64,000 nucleotides of DNA, taken from Eledone cirrhosa. Its lineage: Eukaryota. The stretch is from contig OZ024742.1 in assembly GCA_964016885.1 (NCBI GenBank), positions 92,938,001-93,002,000 on the forward strand, read 5' to 3'. The notes beneath the pieces were generated by a model, which saw only the letters and a list, made by a program, of their open reading frames with translations, did no database searches and was not told where the DNA came from. This document shows positions 22,975 through 35,157 of the stretch, piece by piece; within the stretch, counting starts at the first letter, position 1; every line of letters begins with the position of its first letter. Position numbers and translations under genes: made by a program.

Positions 22975-25817
22975 GTAGTTGTGGTGATGCTGGGGGTTTG
23001 TGGTGATGGTGAGGGTTGTGGTGATGGTGATGGTGGGGTGTATGGTGATTGTAGTGATGATGGTAGTTGTGGTGATGCTGGGGGTTTGTGGTGATGGTGA
23101 GGGTTGTGGTGATGGTGAGGGTTGTGGTGATGCTGGGGGGTTGTGGTGATGGTGAGGGTTGTGGTGATGGTGAGGGTTGTGGTGATGGTGAGGGTTGTGG
23201 TGATGGTGGGGGTTGTGGTGATGGTGAGGGTTGTGGTGATGGTGAGGGTTGTGGTGATGGTGGGGGTTGTGGTGATGGTGGGGGTTGTGGTGATGGTGGG
23301 GGTTGTGGTGATGCTGGGGGGTTGTGGTGATGGTGAGGGTTGTGGTGATGGTGAGGGTTGTGGTGATGGTGGGGGTTGTGGTGATGGTGGGGGTTGTGGT
23401 GATGCTGGGGGGTTGTGGTGATGGTGAGGGTTGTGATGATGGTGAGGGTTGTGATGATGGTGAGGGTTGTGGTGATGGTGAGGGTTGTGGTGATGGTGGG
23501 GGTTGTGGTGATGGTGGGGGTTGTGGTGATGCTGGGGGGTTGTGGTGATGGTGGGGGTTGTGGTGATGGTGAGGGTTGTGATGATGGTGAGGGTTGTGGT
23601 GATGGCGAGGGTTGTGGTGATGGTGGGGGTTGTGGTGATGGTGAGGGTTGTGGTGATGCTGGGGGGTTGTGGTGATGGTGGGGGTTGTGATGATGGTGAG
23701 GGTTGTGGTGATGGTGAGGGTTGTGGTGATGGTGGGGGTTGTGGTGATGGTGGGGGTTGTGGTGATGCTGGGGGGTTGTGGTGATGGTGGGGGTTGTGGT
23801 GATGCTGGAGGGTTGTGATGATGGTGAGGGTTGTGGTGATGCTGGGGGGTTGTGGTGATGGTGGGGGTTGTGGTGATGGTGAGGGTTGTGGTGATGGTGG
23901 GGGTTGTGGTGATGGTGAGGGTTGTGGTGATGGTGGGGGTTGTGGTGATGCTGGGGGGTTGTGGTGATGGTGAGGGTTGTGATGATGGTGAGGGTTGTGG
24001 TGATGCTGGGGGGTTGTGGTGATGGTGGGGGTTGTGGTGATGGTGAGGGTTGTGGTGATGGTGGGGGTTGTGGTGATGGTGGGGGTTGTGGTGATGGTGT
24101 GGGTTGTGGTGATGGTGGGGGTTGTGGTGATGGTGGGGGTTGTGATGATGGTGGGGGTTGTGATGATGGTGAGGGTTGTGATGATGGTGAGGGTTGTGGT
24201 GATGGTGGGGGTTATGGTGATGGTGGGGTTGTGGTGATGGTGAGGGTTGTGGTGATGGTGGGGGTTGTGGTGTTGGTGGGGATTGTAGTGATGGTGAGGG
24301 TTGTGGTGATGGTGGGGGTTGTGGTGTTGGTGGGGTTGTGGTGATGGTGGGGGTTGTGGTGATGGTGGGGGTTGTGATGATGGTGAGGGTTGTGATGATG
24401 GTGAGGGTTGTGGTGATGGTGGGGGTTATGGTGATGGTGGGGTTGTGGTGATGGTGGGGGTTGTGGTGTTGGTGGGGGTTGTAGTGATGGTGAGGGTTGT
24501 GATGATGGTGAGGGTTGTTGTGATGGTGGGGGTTGTGGTGTTGGTGGGGTTGTGGTGATGGTGGGGGTTGTGGTGATGGTGGGGGTTGTGGTGATGGTGG
24601 GGTTGTGGTGATGGTGAGGGTTGTGGTGATGGTGGGGGTTGTGGTGTTGGTGGGGGTTGTAGTGATGGTGAGGGTTGTGGTAATGGTGAGGGTTGTGGTA
24701 ATGTTGAGGGTTGTGATGATGGTGGGGGTTGTGGTGATGGTGGGGGTTGTGGTGATGGTGGGGGTTGTGGTGATGGTGACGGTTGTGATGATGGTGGGGG
24801 TTGTGGTGATGGTGAGGGTTGTGGTGATGGTGAGGGTTGTTGTGATGGTGAGGGTTGTGGTAATGTTGAGGGTTGTGATGATGGTGGGGGTTGTGGTGAT
24901 GGTGGGGTTGTGGTGATGGTGAGGGTTGTGGTGATGGTGGGGGTTGTAGTGATGGTGAGGGTTGTTGTCATGGTGAGGGTTGTGGTAATGTTGAGGGTTG
25001 TGATGATGGTGGGGGTTGTGGTGATGGTGGGGGTTGTGGTGATGGTGGGGGTTGTGGTGATGGTGAGGGTTGTGATGATGGTGGGGGTTGTGGTGATGGT
25101 GGGGGTTGTAGTGATGGTGAGGGTTGTGGTAATGTTGAGGGTTGTGATGATGGTGGGGGTTGTGGTGATGGTGGGGGTTGTGGTGATGGTGGGGATTGTA
25201 GTGATGGTGAGGGTTGTTGTGATGGTGGGGGTTGTGGTGATGGTGGGGGTTGTGGTGATGGTGAGGGTTGTGGTGATGGTGAGGGTTGTGGTAATGTTGA
25301 GGGTTGTGGTGATGGTGGGGGTTGTGGTGATGGTGGGGGTTGTGGTGATGGTGGGGGTTGTGGTGATGGTGAGGGTTGTGGTGATGGTGAGGGTTGTGGT
25401 GATGGTGAGGGTTGTGGTGATGGTGGGGGTTGTGGTGATGGTGTGGGTTGTGGTGATGGTGGGGGTTGTGGTGATGGTGAGGGTTGTGGTAATGTTGAGG
25501 GTTGTGATGATGGTGAGGGTTGTGGTGATGGTGAGGGTTGTGGTGATGGTGTGGGTTGTGGTGATGGTGGGGCTTGTGGTGATGGTGGGGGTTGTGGTGA
25601 TGGTGAGGGTTGTGGTGATGGTGGGGGTTGTGGTGATGGTGGGGGTTGTGGTGATGGTGAGGTTTGTGGTGATGGTGAGGGTTGTGGTGATGGTGAGGGT
25701 TGTGGTGATGGTGGGGGTTGTGGTGATGGTGGGGGTTGTGGTGATGGTGGGGGTTGTAGGGATGGTGAGGGTTGTGGTGATGGTGAGGGTTGTGGTGATG
25801 GTGAGGGTTGTGGTGTT
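22975..25817. repeat. 18-bp G-rich minisatellite (ggttgtggtgatggtgRg)n, ~2.8 kb
   Basis: Roughly 155 units; the source of the HHHHNP / PPSPQP ORFs. Confidence 0.97.
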
Positions 25818-26144
25818 GGCTTATGAGCATGAAGATGAGGACTGGAGATGTGAGCTATGCAGTGTTCATAGATGTGATTATTGCGAAGGTCATGATAACT
25901 ACACTGCGGTGAGGTGATGTTCATGTAGTAGCATAGAATATAGTTGTGGTGGTGGTGGTGGGGGGGGGGGGAGATTATCCTGCTGGAATTGGGGGGGTGT
26001 AGGAAAGAAAGTGAAGAAGAAAAGAAGAAATAATAAAAACAGCTGCAATAACAATATCAACAATATACTAAATTAGCAAAAACACAAAAACAAAAAATGT
26101 TAAATAAATTCACAAATGATAAGCTCTGCAGTAGCTGCAATAAC

Positions 26145-26845
26145 GTGCAGCAGGAGCAGCAGCAGCAGCAGCAGGAGCAGCAGCAGCAGCAGCACCAGCA
26201 CCAGCACCACCACTACCACTACCACCACCACTATCATTACTATTATAATCACCACCACCTTTACCATTACTGTCATTATTAAAACCACCATTACTAACAG
26301 CATCACCACCACCACCACCCACCACCACCACCACCACCACCACTACCACCACCACCACCACCACCACCACCACCCACCACCACTACCCACCACCACTACC
26401 ACCACCACCACCACCACCACCACCACCACCACCACCACCACCACCCACCACCACCACCCACCACCACAACCCACCCACCACCACCCATCACCACCACCCA
26501 CCACCATTACTCTAAAAAAGCCATCATCAACAACATCAACCCCAAAACCACATCCACCATCATCATCACCACCACTGCTAACACAGTTGCAACTACCATC
26601 ACCACCACCACCACCACCACCACCACCACCACCACCACCACCACCACCACCACCACCAACACCACTGTTTCTCTCATAACCATCATCATCATTGCTATCA
26701 TCACCACCACCACTGCTAACACAGTTGCAACTACCATCACCATCATTACCCTCATAACCATCATTATCATTGCCACCACCACCACCACTGTTATCCTTAT
26801 AACCGTCATCATTACCCCACTCCATCGCCTTCATCCATCACCTTG
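26145..26845. repeat. (CAG)n and (CAC/CAT)n trinucleotide tracts
   Basis: Direct reading. Confidence 0.92.
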
Positions 26846-27276
26846 ATGAATCCTAAATTAAAGTGAACTCAGATAATAAAGCGATCTGTGGATAAATCAA
26901 ATTGATTGATTGATTTGTTGATGGAGTTCCATTCAGTGCTAATCAATAATTGGTGATGATATGATGATGATGTTAATGATGGTAATGATTATAGTGATAA
27001 TTGAATTAAGGATTTTTGATTTAGAATCATAAATGGTAGTTCATATAGGAAAACATGTGAAATTCCACGACATATAATTTATTTTTTGGTTCGTTTGTCA
27101 ATGGCAAAATTAACGGAGGAAGGGCAGAGTTTGGTAGGAGAAAAAAATGGAACTGATCATCAGATTGGACCTAAGAAACTATGCTTCCATTGATCTTTTC
27201 ATTATATGTATGTTCTCGCTTTATTTTTATATAAATTTCTCACTTGTAGAGAGAGAGAGATCCAGTTTTTAACATA

Positions 27277-27474
27277 TGGAGGTCAGCTGAAAAGTTCATA
27301 GGCTGAACAAAATACTCTCATGGAATGACCAAATGAGGTTTATTTTTCAACATAGTCCCTGGAAAGAAACAATGCTGTTATTAAGAAGAAGAGTTGAAAT
27401 TAATGCAAGCAAGATTTCACAGCTCTAGCATCATTCCTTCATAGTCTGCCTATGAATCTTTAAGCTGACCTTTG
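27277..27474. mobile_element. Mariner-type MITE, ~198 bp
   Basis: Imperfect TIRs ggtcagctgaaaagttcataggc / gcctatgaatctttaagctgacc, with TA on both flanks. Confidence 0.72.
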
Positions 27475-27749
27475 TAGAAACAAAACTCTATTGTTGGAAT
27501 TTAAACAACATCAACTAAGTGATTATGTATGTTGTGTGTCTGCATCTGTGTGTGTGTGTGTGCGTGTGCAAGTATGGATGTCATTGCTTATATGGATCTA
27601 TTTGTTTTTAGTTAGATGTATACATATTCATGTGTTTCTATATCTATACATGTGTAGTTACATGCAAAACTTCTGGAATGTTTTATTTATTTTACAGTTC
27701 CATTAATGGACTGTACTTGTAATTTCCTATGTATGTATGTGAGTGATAT

Positions 27750-28272
27750 GGCCCCTAATTGTTGTCACAACACCTTTCTAAGAGAGGGAAACTCTGGGAA
27801 AAAAACCTGCGGCTTCAGAAGCATCCAATGATGTTGACCAGTTCTCCTTTTCGGATAGTGTTTTCAATGTTCAGAGAGTGAGATTGGTCGAGTGCAAGGC
27901 CTTTACCCACTTGAAAAACCTTCAAAGCACAGGCATTGCTTGTTCGATAATCTGACAAGCGATTGTAATACTCTTAGCAGAGTTTGCAGCTATCATGTAT
28001 GTATGTATGTCAAAGGGTGTAGGAACTCAGGGGAATCATCGGCCATCCATTTGATGTTCAGAGAGTGGAATTGGCTCCGTGCAAAGTCTTTCCTCACTTA
28101 AAAAATCTTCAAGCACAGGCATTGCTTGATATGTGATATTTTTGTGCGATGCATGACATGGCTGGCCATAGGCGAGTCCCAAGCAGGACTAAAAATTCAC
28201 GTCTGTGATGCTCATGCTTAAGTATCAAATGATAGCATTACTCGAAATTGAGTTGCAGCCATCATCATCATG
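27750..28272 (+). mobile_element. Diverged second copy of the bipartite RTE-like element, with an internal ~78-bp duplication
   Basis: Shares catccaatgatgttga, gcacaggcattgctt, AGLKIHVCDAH and the actcgaaattgagttgcagccatcatc tail with 7710-8262. Confidence 0.6.
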
Positions 28273-28626
28273 ATGTATGCATATAATGAAAACAAGATTA
28301 GGTTTTTATTTTATCTTTTTTTATCAATTTTTTTTAAATATTATATAAGCTTCTTGCAGTTTGTTTCCTAAATCCATCATCAATCTCTTTAGATCTTCTT
28401 AGTTTCATATTGAAGGTAAGGTAATGTTGATTTGTAGTGTTTCTTTTTTATAGTATGCATGGCCAATGTGATTTGTGTAGACATTGCCACTGGAATTTGA
28501 ATTTTGGTTGTTAGATTTGTCAACTGTCATGTATTTGTTTTGCTTTTGTCTAGTGTATCTTTGTGAGTTTGTATTTTAGCATTGAACAGTGTTACAACTA
28601 CTGTTTTTATTATTAATCAGCTATTT

Positions 28627-28844
28627 AGGGCAGTGGATTGGCAGTATCGGTAGAGTGCTGGACACCCTGTTTTGCAGCATAGAGTTACGGCCCTTTACAT
28701 TCTGAGTTCAAATCCTGCTGGGGTTAGCTTTGCCTTTCATCCTTATGGAGTCGATAAAATAAAGCACCAGTAATGCACTGGGGTTAATTTAATCAACTTC
28801 CCCCTCCCCTTTAAATTGCTGGCCTTGTTCCTAAAGTAGAAGCA
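28627..28844 (+). mobile_element. tRNA-derived SINE
   Basis: A and B boxes; exact 18-bp TSD attattaatcagctattt (28609-28626 / 28845-28862). Confidence 0.92.
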
Positions 28845-29114
28845 ATTATTAATCAGCTATTTCTGAGAGAATTCTGTAAAGTATAGATGTATCATAGACT
28901 CATGTGTTCTTACCAAGTTTTGCTTTGTGTTTCTCAAAAAGTGCATTGCAAATGTTACTTGTTTTAAATGCATGCTGAGTCAGTAGGAGGATGTCATACT
29001 TGAAGTTTATGTCTTTCATGTTTACAACTGAATTTATAAATCATATTGTAATACCCTTGTGTTCTCTTTTACCAAGTTTTTTTAAATGTTCATCTGTTTT
29101 ATAATTTGATTTGT

Positions 29115-30068
29115 ATCTCTGATGGATATGCAACAGTAGTTAGCATGAACAACAAAGTATCAGTGAAATGAGAGAGAAACAAGGCATAAGGGGGATCAGA
29201 CACAGTGTAGGGGAGAGGAGATTGCAGTGGTTTGGACATTTGATGTGTATGAAGGATGATAGTTGTATAAAGAGGTTCAGGGCACTCAAAGTTGATGGTA
29301 ACTATGTAAGTGGAAGACCTAGGAAAACTTTGGATAAACTAATAAAAGCTGACCTTGCCCAATTAAACCTCACATTCATGCTGTACTGCAGAAGATCCCC
29401 CCTCCCTCCTCCCCAAAAAATGAAATGAAACAAATATGCAGGGGACACACTAGCCTGCAGCAATCCCCATCCTTGCCTTAATACTCCGATCATACATATC
29501 CCACGCACCTAATTGATTTCAAACTCATTTACCTGCCCCTCCTCATGAAAGCTAGACATGCTTGACATCTGACCTCCCACGATGCTGTGCCACAGCAAAA
29601 AGCTCAAAGTTGACCCTGTGTGCTGATCTGGTACCCTAACAACAAATGCACCAAGTCCATCCTGTAAGGTGATCATGATGGTGACACGAGAGACCGCAAC
29701 CAGTCCACACTGTAAGGGGTCATGCTAATGACATGACAAATAGTGCCCAGTCCACACTGTAAAGTGACCAGGCTGGTGGCATGTCAAAAAGCGCCACAGT
29801 TTACAATGTAACATGGTCATGTTGGTGTCATGACAAAAAGCACCCAATCCACACTGTAAAGTGGTCATTTTGGTGCCATGAAATAAGTCACCCAGTCTAC
29901 ACTGTGAATAGGTTGGCCTTAGGAAGGACATCTAGCTGTAGAAACTAAGCAAGAAATAGTTCTGTGTGAGATGGTCATCTGATCTAACTTGTCTCACAAC
30001 AGGTTAACCAATCTAACCCATGCTAGCATGGAAAATAGACATTAAACAGTGATGATGATGATGATAAT
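29115..30068 (+). mobile_element. Older RTE LINE 3' end (copy H) with six ~48-bp UTR units, flanked by a ~90-bp direct repeat
   Basis: RRLQWFGHL...GRPRKT, cccatgctagcatgg, GAT tail. Confidence 0.88.
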
Positions 30069-30639
30069 AATGTTTGCAACTGAATTTATAAATTATATTG
30101 TAATACTTTTGTGTTCTCTTTTACAAAGCTTTTATGTGTTCATCTGTTCTATAATTTGTATGCATTTGATTCATATAATACACTTCGTGTGAGTATTTTT
30201 TTCTGATATATTTGTTGTATTTGAATTTGTATCATTCTATGGATTGGGCTAATAGTTTGATTTGAGAGAATATCCATTGTTGATTAATGTTTGTTTTATT
30301 CTTTGGAGGAGAATCCGAATGATCTCTGACTTGAGGATTTAACCACTGATATTTTGTATCTGTGTGAACATTCACTGTCTCTATGTAATTATATGGGCTG
30401 TTGACAGCAAAGTTCTTGTCATTGTTAGCAGCTTGCTTTACTGAAGTGTCAAAATTATCCAATGACCCTTGAAGTGTATGACTGATTGACGCACTTAATG
30501 TTTTCTCTTTTGCTTTGATTGTATATTTTTGTGTTTTATGTTTATAAGGTTCCTAGCATTAATTAATTGATTATATGTATATATTTCTATTTAATCTCAT
30601 ATATGCATTTCACATGAAAATAATATATATATATATATA

Positions 30640-31222
30640 TATGAATGTATGTATAGTATATTTGGTAATATACTGTATGTTTAATTAAAAAACATTTTGA
30701 AGACCTTGCGCTATTGTTTTAAAGCAGTGACTATGTCACTTACTTCTTTTTTCAGCAAAGGAAGGGAGATAAGCTGACAGATCTGTTTCACACTGTTGGT
30801 GTTCCCCAGAGCCAAGGTAGTACTCGCCGACCTCTGCCAAAAATTATAGAGGCTGGATTCTTATAGAATTCCAGTAATAATCAGGAACTGATTATACAGA
30901 GCGATTGCTGGTCCAGCAAAAATTAAAAATTAGGATTGGTGCTCTGAAATAGCGATGTATACATGAATGTATGTATAGTACATTTGGTAATATACTGTAT
31001 GTTTAATTAAAAACATTTTGAAGACCTTGCCTTATTGTTTTAAAGTAGTGACTATGTCACTTACTTCTTTTTTCAGCAAAGGAAGGGCGATAGTCACTAC
31101 TTTAAAATAATAGCGCAAGGTCTTCAAAATGTTTTTAATTAAACATACGGTATATTGCCAAATATACTATACATACATTCATGTATACATCGCTATTTCA
31201 GAGCACCAATTCTAATTTTTAT
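30640..31222. repeat. Direct plus inverted repeat structure (30643-30770 = 30965-31090; 30924-31055 inverted at 31090-31222), Penelope-terminus-like
   Basis: Alignments read directly; the family assignment is inference. Confidence 0.7.
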
Positions 31223-31427
31223 ATATATACATATATAGTAATAACTAGCAGAATGGCCCGGCGTTACTCGGAATTTGCTCTAGGGTTCTTATATATTTGA
31301 TATATATTTATCCTTATCGAGCTTCGTGAAATAAATACGTTTGTTTATATTTTGTTATTGTGTATGCAAAAATATCTGTACACGAATATATAATTATATA
31401 TATATATATATTAAAATAAGAAATTAA

Positions 31428-31478
31428 AGTTTAAGCAAAGAATCGCTGCTTTCACCCTTAACCGGATCTTCTGAAACT
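31428..31478 (-). ncRNA. Hammerhead-like motif, CAGAAGA core variant (family C)
   Basis: agttt-CAGAAGA-tccggttagggt-GAAA-gca..tgc-TT-aaact. Confidence 0.55.
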
Positions 31479-31784
31479 AAAAAATCAATCTGTGAACGCA
31501 GAAGTATTCCAATATGGCAAGGCCTAATGGATTCCCCTTGCAGTACGTACAATCTGGACACTCACACACACCTTGGTATTATGCCAATACTATATATCAT
31601 TTCACACCTTTTATTATTAAGGTTTTTGATGTTCTATTGAGAGAATCGTTTTTACTGAAAATATTGAATAATGTACACCATTTTTACCAGTATCACAAAA
31701 ATACTGGTCCACCCACACACACATATATATATACACACACATATATACACACACACATACACACGCGTACATTAACATAAAAGA

Positions 31785-31819
<35 letters not shown>

Positions 31820-32718
31820 CTCCGTATAAAACAAGAGCTGAAAAATATCTTTTAACATGTTAAAATATCCCCCACACACTACAGACACATTCCTACTGAC
31901 CATCCCTCTACCACGAATTACTCTGCTACACACACACACACACACTTGTCTTAATAAGCATTTGAACTGTCAACAGGCTGCGGTTCGCACACACATCCCT
32001 GCTGATCATTATCACAACAACGAACCTCTTTATTATTACTACACACACACACACATATTTGTCTTGAAAGACTTATTTTTCAGCGACTTCTTAATCAGCC
32101 GACACAAACCTACATTTGGCGCAAAATCAATTTTTAACATTCACATGACCTCTACCGACCAATCAAAATTGTTTTGACCACAAGAATTTTTTCATACATC
32201 TGGAGCCACTTTTTTTACATAAAACAGGTAGAATTTCCAAAACTAATCAGATTAGAGCAAACATCACGGGTGCTCTATCTCAAAATTATTTTTGAAAAGC
32301 ATTAGAAATGCGCAACCGGTAAAACTTAAAATCAAAACTGAATACTAACCAATACTATTACTAATTTTTACTTATTCCTAATTAAACTATTTTTCACTGG
32401 GAACAATTTGTCAGCATTTTGTTTTCCTTTTACCAATTATATATATATATATATATTAAAATAACAGATTAAAGTTTAAGCAAAGAATCGCTACTTTCAC
32501 CCTTAACAGGATCTTCTACCTAAAAGCAGTATGAAGTACACTAAGACTAACTGATGTAATCGTTGGCCTTTCTTGTTTATATTTTGTTTTTGTGTATGTA
32601 AAAATATCTGACAGTTATGCATGTGATTATGTAATCACCGGCCTTGTTTGTTTATATTTTGTTTTTGTGTATGCAAAAATATCTGTACACGAATATCTAT
32701 ATTAAAATAACATATTAA

Positions 32719-32769
32719 AGTTTAAGCAAAGAATCGCTGCTTTCAACCTTAACGGGTTCTTCTGAAACT
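32719..32769 (-). ncRNA. Hammerhead-like motif, CAGAAGA core variant (family C)
   Basis: agttt-CAGAAGA-acccgttaaggtt-GAAA-gca..tgc-TT-aaact. Confidence 0.55.
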
Positions 32770-33043
32770 AAAAAAATCAATCTGTGAACGCAGATGTAAA
32801 TATTTCGAAAAACGTTGCAGCCCAAGGAAAACAGGAAGACGATACTTTGGTTCGTGAAGACGTTCCCTGGCATAAATATATATATATATATACACTTTTT
32901 GAATTGAGTTTGAATTATTTTCCCACATCTTATGTTAACTATTTTTCCATTTTGACGCTATAGTCACTTATATATTAAGAAATACTGTTGGCTTCTTGCT
33001 CACAATAATTTCTATACTTTTCATTTACACACACACTATATAT

Positions 33044-33079
<36 letters not shown>

Positions 33080-33599
33080 ATCGCGTCATAATGACGCAAT
33101 GCAGACAGTCAGGCATACAGACAAATATTATAATTGTATCTATCTAAAAAGAGAAAAACTAAGAGAGAGAGAAAGAGATCTTAAATCGCCTAATGCGGTC
33201 CCTAGAGCATTGAAAATTTGAAATTTCTTTTGCTCAGAACACTCAATAGAACCATAAGTATTACATGTGTAAAGTTTGAAAACAATCAGTTGGGTGGTTC
33301 TCGAGTTTTAGTGATTGGTCAGACAGACAGACAAACAGACATTCTCTGTTTTAGTAATATAGATAATAAATGTGAAGACTAAAATCCAAAGAGGGCTCGA
33401 TAAGGATAAATATATATCAAATATATAAGAACCCTAAGGGCATGTATTTAATAGTCTTTACAGTTAAGAAATAAAAACAAGATAGACAGAGAGATAAAAA
33501 AAATTAAAGACCAGTGGGAGTCAAAAGAAGGATATATAAGATAAAAAGGTAAAAAACAAAGGCAGCTTATAAAGCAGCGAAAAGGTTCTCTGATAGAAT

Positions 33600-34030
33600 C
33601 TTTCATAGCATCCATGTACTGAAAGATCTTGATTATAGTTTACTGCTTGGGACATGTCTTTTCTTAGTTGTTTTAATTCTTCACTCCACCATGACTTGTT
33701 ATCTTTATTATTGTTATTTTTATTCTGATTGACATAAGTAATAAGAACTTCCTCAGTGTTTGTATCTTGTATTTTGTCAATAAATATTTGTAGACTCGTT
33801 TTTAGCTTTTCAGCTGATTGGATATTGCAAAATTTGTTGTTGGATGATAGTTCTACTTCTAAATAATTAGTAAACTTAGTCCAGTCTGTCTGGTGAAATT
33901 GATATTTTCTCACTTTAGACTTTGTGTTTTTATTAGTTAAAGGAATTGTAATATTAAAAAGTAATGCTGGCATGATCTGAACCTAGATCAATATTAAAAG
34001 GCAAGACTGGCAGAGAAGACACCTAAATGA
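33600..34030 (-). pseudogene. Degenerate LINE fragment (APE C-terminus and EN-RT tether)
   Basis: DLGSDH, then YQFHQTDWTKF...SWWSEELKQLRK. Confidence 0.55.
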
Positions 34031-34299
34031 ACTATTGTGTCTGTAGATAGCAGAGTCTGGTATTGTATAATCTCTAAGAGATATTATCCTTCATTTTTGC
34101 TTTTCTTTCTGGTGTTAGTATTTCAGAATTAGAGTTTTGCTTTGGGAATTAGATTTTTCTAGGAAATTTTCAATTTTTATTATTGTCTCTGTGCCTTTTG
34201 AAGGGTTAAACATGTTTGTTAAATAAAAGTCTAGCTTTCTGGTGTACATATACATAATATCTATGGATTATATCCTTTGTATTATGTTTAATTTAGAAA

Positions 34300-34680
34300 T
34301 TAATTCTGATTTAATCAGTGTGAAACATCTTGATGCTCCACGGTAGCATGTATTAGATATATAAAAAGAATGTATTCTCTTTTGTACAAGTTCAAGTCCT
34401 TTAGTAGGGGTTCTTCAAAAAGAAATATATCGACAGAGTGGTTTACGAGATTTTTAAAACCAATTCTTGGCATCTTCTCGGGTTTCACTTACATTGACTA
34501 TATATCATTCACATACCTAGCATATAATGCATGTTTATGTTGAGATTCCACTTTATTTTCTATTATGGCCATATATAATGCTTTAAATGTGGATCTAGCA
34601 GAAAACGGATGTATATTCCATTATTTTGCTGACCCTTTTGAAATAACAACTGCTCTAGTTTTATGATATAAAGCTCTCTA
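34300..34680 (-). pseudogene. Highly decayed RT fragment, Penelope-like
   Basis: QQNNGI...LYMAIIEN...YARYVNDI resembles the PLE motifs YM..E and YxRYVDDI. Confidence 0.35.
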
Positions 34681-35157
34681 TTCTAAAATATTTATATTTA
34701 TATTAAAAAATTCAATCAAGAAAAATGCTTAAGTCTATAACTATTCAGTCTTAAAGAAAAGGTTGTGGCATGAACACTTGTATTGAAAACTTATCCATAC
34801 CAGAATGGAAAAACAGATACACAATTGATGATGATAATAAAAGCTAATAATTTTTTATAATTAAATGAAAAGATAAGAAAAAAAGTCATTCAGAACAAGG
34901 AAACCATATTTCCACTGATTTTTACATTGCTGAAACTGTTTGCTGCTACTAGTAACAGTAGTATCACTGCTTTTCTGGTGACAGGAAGCTTGATTTGAAC
35001 TCAGATCACACAGAACTGGGACACATTATTCAAGGGATTTGTCTATTTATAGATAATTTCAGGATTACCTACTCTTAGATCTCTCTTATGCTTTCTAAAC
35101 TCTGGTGGGAAGCCATTTTTATTTATTTGATAGGCTGAATGAGTTGGGGTGAATAAC

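Larger units (their letters stand above)
31245..33363 (-). mobile_element. Probable non-autonomous Helitron
   Basis: The minus strand starts A|TCTATATTACTAAAACAGAGAATGTCTGT(CTGT)n and ends CCGAGTAACGCCGGG...TGCTAG|T (GC-rich subterminal hairpin, CTAG, A/T site). The two ends may belong to different copies. Confidence 0.6.

Noticed and set aside
22849-25924. 993-aa His/Pro-rich ORF and extensin-like PPSPQP ORFs
   Set aside because: Stop-free 18-bp minisatellite with frequent 1-bp indels that switch frames; no unique coding flanks.
30232-30462. 76-aa ORF as a host exon
   Set aside because: No recognisable domain or splice context.
30885-30965. Hammerhead in the 30640-31222 repeat
   Set aside because: The agagc/gctct stem and GAAA are present, but the core reads CTGATTA with wrong spacing and no stem I.
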